DNA of 63,398 nt, counting the filler, from Chrysochromulina tobinii (Eukaryota), in assembly GCA_001275005.1 (NCBI GenBank). It is 6 parts of 6 records of this genome, joined end to end, with 100 filler letters (N's around TTAATTAATTAA, not from the genome) between each part and the next. Parts side by side here need not be neighbours in the genome. Positions count along the whole stretch, not along the records: positions 41,882 to 60,104 come from JWZX01001169.1; positions 60,205 to 63,398 come from JWZX01001173.1; 4 more parts are not named here. The stretch is one strand, 5' to 3'. Positions 54,462-63,398 of this stretch are shown here, piece after piece. The position numbers were made by a program, and so were the translations under genes. Within the stretch, counting starts at the first letter, position 1. The number at the start of each line of letters is the position of its first letter. Below the pieces are notes generated by a model. That model had not been told where the DNA came from and did not search any database. It saw only the letters and a program-made list of their open reading frames with translations.

Positions 54462-56450
54462 TCATATCTTGTAAAGGCCGTCCTCGTCCAGCGGGAACGA
54501 CGCGTATCGCTCCGGCCCGTCCTCGCCGATCCCAAAGGCAAGGCCGTGGCGCCGCTGTAGGACCCCGAGGTCATCCCTCCTCATCCGCAGCTCCGGTGGT
54601 GGCCGCCCGACAGCTGGCTGCGGCGCCGTGGCAAAGGCGAGCGCGTGCGAGCGCATGAGAGTCTCGTGCCTCAAGAAGATGAAGCCCGCCTTCTCAATCT
54701 CAGCAGCCCACTTGCGCAGGTACGGCTGCTCTTCCCAACTGCGACCGCGACGATCGACGCCCAGTGTTTCGACGAGCAGCAGCAGCCCCCCGCTTCGACG
54801 TGGCGCCGGCTCCGAACCCGATGCGGCTTCGGCCGATGGAGGACAGCTGCCGTGGGGCGTGAGATCGGCGTGAGATGGGCGTGAGATCCGCGCGAGATCG
54901 GCGTGCAACGGCGATCGGAGCAATTGCCTTGCCTTGAGGACCATCGCGCCGCGCTCGGCGGGTAGAGGCAGGTAGGAAAGGACAAGGCTCATGACGACCA
55001 CGTCAAACGAGCCGGCAGGCAAGGACGTGAGGCGACCCCCCGCAAACTCGGCCGAGGGCTCCACGACGGGCAAGTGGCCTCCGACCTGCAGGTCGAGAAA
55101 GTCACACTGCATCACACGCCCGTGACCCTGCTGTGGGCAGAGGTCGATGGCGGTGGGCTGCACGCCCGCGTACCCATCGAAGAGGCTGCCACAGGAGCCC
55201 ACGTCGAGGAGCCGAATTGGCTCACGTTCGTGGAGACCCTCATCGGCCCTCCCGGACGCGTGCCGAGGTTTCGTCAGCACGTCTCGAGGTTTCGTCAGCA
55301 CGTCTCGAGGTTTCGTCAGCACGTCTCGAGGTTTCGTCAGCACGTCTCGCGCAACGGCGACGCACCAGTCAATACCCTCCCGGACCCATGCGCGCTCGCC
55401 CAGTTTGGCCGCTGCGGCTGCGTACCGTTTGAGCGCGCCGTCGGCCGCGGCCTCTTTGGGCGCCGATGCGCTGCTCTGGTCGCGCAGGTGACGATGGTGG
55501 CCTACAAGCACCGAGTACAGCTCCGCCTCGTTGCGCGGAGCCAGCGGGGTTCTGGCCACTTGAGCCAAGTCACACCTGCGCCGCACGTCGGCCAACCACC
55601 GGGCGTCGAGCTCTGACTCGAGGACAGCCTCCAGGGCGGCGATGCTCTCCATACCGCCTGGCATCATCAGCAGCGGTGCACGCAGGTCCTCTGGCAGCGG
55701 CGCGACGAGACGCACCGCCTCGCCTTGATAGGTGAAGAGGAGCGCCGCCGAATGGAGGAAGACGCGCTTCGTCTTGAGGCCGTACCTGCTTTGCAGCACG
55801 CGGTTGAAATTAGGAGCGCCGTGCACGTCGTCGCCCGCGACCGGATGCAGCAACGCGCCGCCCCCACGCATGCCCTCCAGGTGCATCCGGATCTGGCGAG
55901 GCCGTGCCTGAAGGTCTTGGCCGTTATTGCGAGGCAGTGCGAGCAGCAGCGAGCAACGGCCTTCGTTGCATGTGGCGATGCGCACAAAGTCCGTCACGGC
56001 TGCCTTCTCGGCGTGCTCTCGCCGTGGGCCACGTCTCTGGGGAGAATTCCATGCCGGACTCCAGCATAGTGGCCGATCAATAGTGAAAGCTTCAGGCGTT
56101 TCGCCTCGGCACAGCACTGCATACACCTGGCTGGCCAGCTCGTCAGCAAGGGCGGCGGTCAGCTCGGCTTTCGCTGCAGACGTCAAGCCAACGAGCAGTA
56201 ACCCCGATGCCGATGTATCGGGAGGCTCCACAACGAAGCACCTATCTGTAGTAGAAAGGTCGCGAAGCCTGTTCACAACAGCACGATTAGTCACGTCCAG
56301 GTGAGATGACTTGTTGACGACGAGATATTCAGCGGTGCGATGTACGACGCGTAGGTTCAGACTGTGCCCAACCTGTGAACTTCGCGTGGTCGCAGATACG
56401 AAGTTCTTCGCGGCAAAACTGAAGACGTCGCGAGGAGGCCGCCCTCGCAT
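54462..56450 (-). CDS. Fusion of an RluA-like pseudouridine synthase domain and a Bmt2/SAMTOR-like SAM-binding methyltransferase-fold domain
   Basis: N-half: LVVNK, EPPDTSASGLLL, QIRMHL...HPVAGD..HG, FLHS. C-half: LLDVGSC, AIDLCP, CDFL, FDVVVMSLVLSYLP, KWAAEIEKAGF. Confidence 0.8.
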   Translation of the reverse strand: MRGRPPRDVFSFAAKNFVSATTRSSQVGHSLNLRVVHRTAEYLVVNKSSHLDVTNRAVVNRLRDLSTTDRCFVVEPPDTSASGLLLVGLTSAAKAELTAALADELASQVYAVLCRGETPEAFTIDRPLCWSPAWNSPQRRGPRREHAEKAAVTDFVRIATCNEGRCSLLLALPRNNGQDLQARPRQIRMHLEGMRGGGALLHPVAGDDVHGAPNFNRVLQSRYGLKTKRVFLHSAALLFTYQGEAVRLVAPLPEDLRAPLLMMPGGMESIAALEAVLESELDARWLADVRRRCDLAQVARTPLAPRNEAELYSVLVGHHRHLRDQSSASAPKEAAADGALKRYAAAAAKLGERAWVREGIDWCVAVARDVLTKPRDVLTKPRDVLTKPRDVLTKPRHASGRADEGLHEREPIRLLDVGSCGSLFDGYAGVQPTAIDLCPQQGHGRVMQCDFLDLQVGGHLPVVEPSAEFAGGRLTSLPAGSFDVVVMSLVLSYLPLPAERGAMVLKARQLLRSPLHADLARISRPSHADLTPHGSCPPSAEAASGSEPAPRRSGGLLLLVETLGVDRRGRSWEEQPYLRKWAAEIEKAGFIFLRHETLMRSHALAFATAPQPAVGRPPPELRMRRDDLGVLQRRHGLAFGIGEDGPERYASFPLDEDGLYKI
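55264..55347 (-). repeat. 21-bp coding tandem repeat (RDVLTKP) x4
   Basis: cgaggtttcgtcagcacgtct four times. Confidence 0.95.
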
Positions 56451-56670
56451 TTCGCCGTGAGAAAATGCTCACGAAAGCGCGATGTTCCGTCGCACGTCGT
56501 CATAGAGGTTTCGTCAAACCACTGCACCGTCTCATGGCTCCGCACCCCTCGGTCAACACAAGTACTGATCCATGTACGTATAGTACTAGAGATTTCCTCC
56601 GTCGACTCCGTCGGGTCGCCGCACCGCGTGGCGTCCGGGCTCATCGCGTGGCGTCCGGGCTGAGTCTTTA

Positions 56671-57097
56671 TTATGTGATGCACGTCGCACAGTGGCCGTT
56701 ACCACGCGTGGTCGAACATGTGCGGCAGCACGTGTCGAACGGGTTGCCGTTGCGCGTCCTCCCCGGTGCGGGAGCGCGCACGCGGCAGATCTTGCACGGG
56801 GCAACGCTCGGCGCCGCGGGGATTGGGGCCTGCGGCTGCACCCAATGTGGCTGTGGCTGTGGCGGCGGCTGCCACGAGTGCACCTGAGGCTGCGCAGGTG
56901 TTAGCTGCCACTGCTGCTGCTGTGCTGGCGGCTGCCATTGGTGCTGGGGCGGCTGCTGCCACGGCTGCGGAGAAGGCCCCGGCTGTGGAGGCGCCGGTAG
57001 CTGCGAAGGTGACGGCTGCGGCGGTAGCGGCTGCGCCGGAGACTGCCAAGGAGCCACCGCCGTGGGTGGTGCCGCGGCGTCTGAAGACGCGCTGGCG

Positions 57098-57128
<31 letters not shown>

Positions 57129-57796
57129 GCTGGCTGACCCAGCCGCGGAAGACCGGATTGCGTTTATATAGGCTGGCCCAGCGTGCTTGGGGGTGCTCGA
57201 GAATGACGTGACCCCACCACATGTGCGGCATGTGCACGAAGGCCTCGTGCTGCCCCTGCGCGACCGCGGCATAGAAGCCCTTGACGAGGGTGCTCGACTT
57301 GACGCATCGCTCGCTATAGTTGGCAATCTGGAGCCCATCCAGATTGCACGCACGGGAGATGGCCACATACGCCTGTCCGTCGGCGAACGCACCGTCGAGG
57401 TCAACGCACAGGTAGTCGATGGTGGCGCCCTGCGCCTTATGTACCGTAAGCGCCCACGCGAGCGCGAGCGGCACCTGATAACGGATGAGGTCGCCCTTGA
57501 GATACACCGTCCTAGTGAAAGGCTCTGGCCGGATCAGCTTCACGCGCCCCGCCGCCCCGCGCCTGCCCAGGAAGCGCACCACTGGGTAGAGCTGCGCTGG
57601 CGGCTTGGTGAGCAGCTCGATCTCTGTCTTGCGGTGCTGCCACACGCGCCGACCATCGGGCTTGGCGACCTCTGCCCATGCGGGTGAGAGTAGCGCATCC
57701 GGCGGAGGCGGGCCTATCGGCATCGGTGGCGGCGGCGTGACATAGTCATCGCCCGTACGGGGGTCTGGCTGAAGCGATACAGAGGGGCTCTCCTCG

Positions 57797-57827
<31 letters not shown>

Positions 57828-59952
57828 CCCTTCCGGCTCGATCGTGCCGCTGGCAGCCGATGCCGTTGCAGCAGTTACCGCATCGGCTTCTAGGGCACGC
57901 CCACGCCGCCGGGTTGCCGCAGCCGCACGTTGGCTGCACGGTCCCGTGCGGAGGGCCGCCGCCGCCGCCGCCGCCGCCTCCTCCTCCTCCGCCTCCTTCG
58001 CCGGCGCCGGTGCCGGCCTGGTGAACACCGAGACGCTCATCGGTCCTGAGCGGACACGCATAGTCGAAGCCGATGATGACGCCGCGCGAGCCATTGACGA
58101 GGCGCCCCCCGCCCGGTGTGCGAATGGTCGGGTCGTCGGCTGCGTTGATCTCATTGCGCAGCAGCATCACCTGCGCGCCCAGCCGCAGCTCGAGCTCCTT
58201 GGTCGCCTGACAGTCGTCTCGGAAGAATGCGTCCTGATAGAGCTCATCGGCCGTGACCCACGGCGGCGCGTCCTGCGATTTCTCCACCGTGTCGTAGGCG
58301 CTGTACTGGACAGCCGAGCCCGCATCGCACTGCTCGAGCTTCACGACGTTTTCACGCTGCACGCTTCCCTTTTTAGGGTATAGTATTGTAGGCTCGACTC
58401 CGTCGCGCCGTGGCAGCGGCCGTTGCGTGCGCCGCACAAGCTCAGCGACGCGCGCGCTGTTCGCGAGGCCGGCCCGCAGATCAGTAAGCGCGTCGAGCAG
58501 GATCGGCTCCTTCGTACGGTGAACGGTCGTCAAGTGGTGCACGACCAGGCGTGCCTCGCGCCAGCAGATGCTCTGGAAGGCGAACTTGCCGGTGACCTCG
58601 CGTAGCCCAAAGGGCGTGTTCTTGCTCATGTCGAGCCAGCCGCCGTTTGTCAGCCCCGGGTCGTCCACTGCAGGGTCTGCCCTTCCTGCTTGCTCGCGCG
58701 TCTCATTGTTGTCCTTGCGCCTCGCCGCCCGTATGCAGTTCTCGAGATGCTCGACGTGGCCCATGCTGCCCTGCTTGTCGGGCACGGGTGGCAGCTGGTT
58801 GAAGTCGCCACAGAAGATGAGCTGCACGCCCGACGGCACGCTGGCCATGTACCAGTCGAGGAACTCGGCATCGACCATGCTGACCTCGTCGACCACAAGG
58901 ACCCGCACGCGCCGCCAAAAGTCGGTCGAGGACTTGGAGCGCATGTTGCCAAAGGCCTCGGTGGTGCCCTTGGGCACGCCCGGGCCCGGTTTCGAGTGGA
59001 GCGTCTGCCCCTCGGCGATGAGCGCCGCCACGCCCGTCGGGGCCGCCACGAGCACGCCCGCGTCGCTGTACCGCTGCTTCAGTGCCGAGATGATCTTGCG
59101 AAGCGTGAACGACTTGCCCGTGCCTGGCCCGCCCGTCAGAAAGAGGTTCATCCCAGAGAGCGCGAGGTCGAGGGCGCGCTGCTGTCCGGCGTCGAGCGTT
59201 TCGTCCTCCGTGAGCAGCGGCGGCGTATCCTGCGACGCGCTGCTGCTGCCGCTGCTCGGGCCGGCGGTGCCGAGCGAGCTGCCGATCGCACCGCCAATTG
59301 CAGCGCCGAAGGCACCGCCGAGGGCACCGCCAAGGGCACCGCCGAGAGCACCGCCGATGCTCGCGCCGAGCGCAGCGCCGCCAAGCGCAGCGCCGCCGAG
59401 CGCAGCGCCGCCGAGCGCAGCGCCGCCGGCGGCGGCCACGGAGGGCTGGCTTGGCGGCTGCGCCTGCTGCTCTCCTTCTCGCGCCCGCTCCTCGACTATC
59501 TCCTCCTCCGGCTGCACCTGCTGCTCTCCTTCTCGCGCCCGCTCCTCGACTATCTCCTCCTCCTCTGCGATCAAGTCTTCCATGTCAAGCTCCTCCGCCG
59601 CGGAGGGGGCGACACGGGCTCGCAAGCGGCGATCGGCGGCCGCGGGCTCGTTGCAGTCGTCGTCGTCGAAGATGGACCACATCGATGGCATCCCTGCTTC
59701 TGCCACCATACCTCCTCCCCCTGCTGTAGCTGCAGCTGTTCCGCCGCCGCCTCCTCCTCCTGGTGCCCCTGCTACAGCTGCAGCTACTCCCCCTCCTCCT
59801 CCTCCTGGTGCTCCTTCACCTGCTCCTTCCACAACCGCCGACGACGGCGCTCCAAAACGGGGCCAGCCGGCTCCAACGCTGTCTGCCTTTTCCTCTCCAT
59901 TTTCCGCCTCGCTGGCTTCGCGTGACCGCTTGCGCACTGGCCCATCCGACAT
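56671..59952 (-). CDS. PIF1: PIF1-family SF1B DNA helicase with inserted Cys/His cluster, WW-like segment and C-terminal Cys cluster
   Basis: TGGPGTGKS, APTGVAA, DEVSM, GDFNQLPPV, GAQVMLLRN, LVNGSRG, QVPLALAWALTVHKAQG, GQAYVAISR. Confidence 0.92.
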
Positions 59953-60020
59953 CGGCCCAGTAAACTTGGTCGCGTGTTTGACTTGAATTGCTGTTCATCA
60001 GAGCTACACAAGCAGCGCAG

Positions 60021-60104
60021 CCTGGTGAGCGCGACAACCCGGTCCCTGCTAAAGCTAGACCAGGCTTACATCGCGGTGGGTGGGCGGGACCACTCCGCTC
60101 TCAT
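60021..60104 (-). repeat. Dispersed ~85-bp element, copy B (cut by the contig end)
   Basis: Reverse complement matches 9931-10015. Confidence 0.85.
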
Positions 60105-60204
60105 NNNNNNNNNNNNNNNNNNNNNNNNNNNNNNNNNNNNNNNNNNNNTTAATTAATTAANNNNNNNNNNNNNNNNNNNNNNNNNNNNNNNNNNNNNNNN
60201 NNNN
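60105..60204. other. Artificial contig spacer
   Basis: N-run + TTAATTAATTAA + N-run. Confidence 0.98.
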
Positions 60205-62809
60205 TCGGGGGCGGCTTTGGAGGGCTCGGCCACGAAGCTGGCGGGGGGGGCGGCGGCGACCGCGGTGGTGGCGATGGCGGCGATGGGGGCGGCGGCGGCG
60301 GCGGCGGCCGCGGCGGCGGCGATGGCGGCGATGGTGGAGGGTCCGGCGGCGAAGGAGGCCGGAATACAAGTCGCGGGACGCCGCCGCAGTCGTTGCAGTC
60401 GGTGCCGCGAGCGCAGCACGAGAACTGCGACCCGGGGCCGCCGTCGTCGCAGATGCCGTTGTTCGGGTTCGAGTAGTAGTTGCCGTTAGGGTAGCCACTG
60501 AAGTAGCCACAGTAGTTGTAGGCGCACGTGTTCGTGCACACAACAGACCTGTCAGGTGGATACGGTGGCGGCTTTGGTGGAAGCGGCGGTGGCGATGGGG
60601 ATGGCGGCGGCCGAGGTGGCGATGGCGGCCGTGGCGGACGCGAAGGCGGAGGCTTAGGCGGTGAGGGAGGCGATGGCGGACTCGGCGGTGGCGAGGGCGG
60701 CGGAGGCGCATTAGGTGAACTCGGCGGCGGTGGCGGCGGCCTGGGAGACGGCGGCGACGGCGGCGGTCTCGGCGGCGAGGGCGGAGACGGCGGCGGCTTC
60801 GGCGGGCTCGGCCACCAGAATGGAGGCGGTGGCGGCGGAGGGGGCGAGTACACTACACGCGGCCCATACGCGTCGCAGTCGTTGCAGTCGGTGCCGCGAG
60901 AGCAGCACGAGAACTGCGCCCCGGGGCCGCCGTCGTCGCAGAAGCCGTTGTTCGGGTTCGAGTAGTAGTAGTAGCCGTAGAGCGGGGTGTAGTACGAGCA
61001 GTAGCTGTACGTGCACGTGTTCGTGCACAATGCACCCATGCCAGGTGGGTAGGGGACCGGCGGCGGCGGAGGACGGGGCGAGGGCGGCGAAGGCGGCGGT
61101 CTCGGCGGCGAGGGTGGACGCGGGGGCGGCCTCGGCGGGCTCGGCCACCAATTCGGTGGCGGCGGTCTCGGAGGCGGGCTGGGCGGCGGCGGAGGCGATG
61201 GGGACGGTGGGGGCGGCGAGGGCGGCGAGGGCGGCGGATACAAAAGACGCGCAACGCCGCCGCAGTCGTCGCAGTCGGTGCCCTGAGGGCAGGCCGTGTA
61301 CTCCGAACCAGGGCCGCCATCCTCACAGATGCCGTTGTTGGCGCTAGAACCTGTGGAGTACCAGTAGAATCCGGTTGACGAATCGTAGTTATTGCAGGAT
61401 GCCTGCGCATTACACCAACGACTATCAATCTGTTGGGCCGCGAAGTACATGTACCTGCCGTAGCACCCATCGTAGTAGCAGGCGGAGCACGTGTTGGTGC
61501 ACAGGGCACCCACGCCCGGTGGGTAGGGGGACGGAGGCGGCGGACGGAACGGAGATGGGGGCAATCCTGGTGGCGACGGCGGCAAAGGCGGAGATGGCGG
61601 CGGCCTTGGCGGCGGGGGTGGAGTCGGGGGCGGCTTTGGCGGGCTCGGCCACCAAGCTGGCGGCGGCGGCCGCGGTGGTGGCGATGGCGGCGATGGGGGC
61701 GGCGGCGGCGGCGGCGGCCGCGGCGGCGGCGATGGCGGCGATGGTGGCGGCGACGGCGGCGATGGAGGCGGACGTGTCACGCGGTCGCCGCCGCAGTCGT
61801 TGCAATCCGTGCCTCGCGCGCAGCACGAGAACTGCGCCCCGGGGCCGCCGTCGTCGCAGATTTTGTTGTTCGCTTGCGAGTAGTAGTAGCCGTAAGCACT
61901 GAAGTAGCCACAGTAGTTCTGGCTGCACGTGTTGGAACACAAGAGAGCCGTGTCAGGTGGAAGGGGCGGTGAACTCGGCGGGAGCGGCGGGGGCGATGGT
62001 GGAGGCGGTGGCCGAGGCGGCGAAGGCGGCAATGGAGATGGCGGTGGCGGAGGCGATGGCGGTGAGGGAGGCGACGGCGGACACGGCGGTGGCGATGGCG
62101 GCGGCGGCGCTCCTGGTGGCGGTGGCAATGGCTGGGGCGAGGGCGGCGAAGGCGGCGGTCTCGGCGGCGACGGCGGAGATGGGGGTGGCCTCGGCGGGCT
62201 CGGCCACCAAAACGGTGGCGGTGAGCTTGGAGGCGGCGAGGGAGGCGGATACACGAGGCGGCTCTCGCGGCAGTCGTTGCAGTCGGTCCCTTGAGCGCAG
62301 CACGAGAACTGCGCCCCGGGGCCGCCGTCGTCGCAGAAGCCGTTGTTCGGGTTCGAGTAGTAGTAGTAGCCGTACAGCGGGGTGTAGTACGAGCAGTAGC
62401 TGTACGTGCACGTGTTCGTGCACGGCAAGACGCCCACGCCCGGTGGGTGGGGCGACGGCGGCGGTGGGGGCCTCGGCGGTGAAGGCGGTGGATAGGGCGA
62501 CGGCGGTATCAGTGGCGGCGGCGAGGGCTCCGGATTTCCGGGGCTCGGCGGCGGCGGCGGAAACGGTTCCGCCGATGGCGGCGGGGGCCTCGGCGCCGGC
62601 GAAGGTGGCGACGGCGGAGGCCTCGGCGGCGACGGCGGGGATGGTGGCGAGGGCGGAAACTTCGCGGGTGAAGGCGGCGGCGGCCTCGGCGAGGGCGGCG
62701 GCGGCGGCGATGGCTCGGGGCTCGGCGGCGGCGGCGAGACGCCTATCGCACTGGCCACGAAGGCCAGGGCGCAGGCGACGCGCAAACACGAAGTCCGCAT
62801 CGGGCTCAT
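60205..62809 (-). CDS. Secreted extensin-like Pro-rich protein with five CxNTC...CxDGGPG...GTDCxDC domains; 3' partial
   Basis: Signal peptide (LRVACALAFVASAIG); PPSPP rods alternate with Cys-rich modules. Confidence 0.88.
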
Positions 62810-63398
62810 CGCGAACGAAAGCCGTGCGCTGCGCCGTCGGCTGTTTTTTTTCGGACACGCCGACGTGTTTCGGTTACGTCGACCGACGGCGGAAACGAAT
62901 TTGGAAGTATCGGACTTCTTGTTGTTGAATCATTTCGTCAAGTTTCTGGAGTCGGAGTCTCCAAATAAAAAAGAACCGGCGTTGTGAGACGGTATGCCTT
63001 GCACTGGCGACGATGCAGACTCTGATGGAACATGGAAGTTGGGCTGATCACTGGGTAGGGGTCAGACACTGATCACTGTGGAGGTGAAACCCGTAGTGAG
63101 TGAGTACCGATGTTCAAGTAGTGAGCCAGTTAGTACGAGCCTTCACCACTAAATCATTGGTTCGTGGCAGCATCAACGGTGCGACAAAAGCGGGTCCCCA
63201 GCGCCTCGCCCCCTGGGGGCTCGTGAAACGAAGCTTCGGAAATAGGGAAATCGAGGGAAAATGGCCGCTCGCGCCGGCGCCTTTTCCATGGCGCACCTGA
63301 GCATCATCGACGCGGTTGCGTGAGCGGAGCGACTTGTTGAGCTCGCGACCGCCCGGCTCGTGCTCGGAGACGAAGGAGTACTACGAGGTCATCCTGAA

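Noticed and set aside
56671..59952. PIF1 as a Helitron RepHel
   Set aside because: No HUH Rep motifs upstream; the N-terminus is low-complexity, so a cellular PIF1 is more likely.
63100..63398. Gene start at the window end
   Set aside because: Only short frames; no consistent ORF or motif can be supported.

Overview
High-GC eukaryotic DNA with short spliceosomal introns. Gene content and style (PPPSP proteins, CDDGGPG repeats, a signal-plus-transit-peptide enzyme) suggest a haptophyte-like alga; that taxon is an inference. The window is six contigs joined by artificial 100-bp N..TTAATTAATTAA..N spacers (11056-11155, 20849-20948, 30490-30589, 41782-41881, 60105-60204), so adjacency across spacers has no biological meaning. 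Recognisable genes: a giant FG-GAP/Cys-rich multi-TM surface protein, an ankyrin protein, two paralogous TKL-like kinases, a prolyl-hydroxylase-like oxygenase, a flavin-reductase-like enzyme, aldose 1-epimerase, an ALIX/BRO1 protein, a BART-domain protein, a six-KH protein, a GT77 glycosyltransferase, an SDR, an RluA-like/SAMTOR fusion, a PIF1 helicase and Pro-rich secreted proteins. The best candidate for a new system is contig 2. It holds an apparently intact Plavaka-type transposase head-to-head with a spliced gene joining THAP-like, UVR, ZZ-like Zn-finger and 2OG-Fe(II) dioxygenase modules, plus a third spliced accessory gene. Other mobile signals: a CRE-like reverse transcriptase with a DUF4326-like segment, two Helitron-like 3' ends, a dispersed CCGGTAAAAAGACACCGG motif, and an 85-bp element just upstream of two unrelated genes. 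All domain calls are motif recognition by eye; no searches were run.
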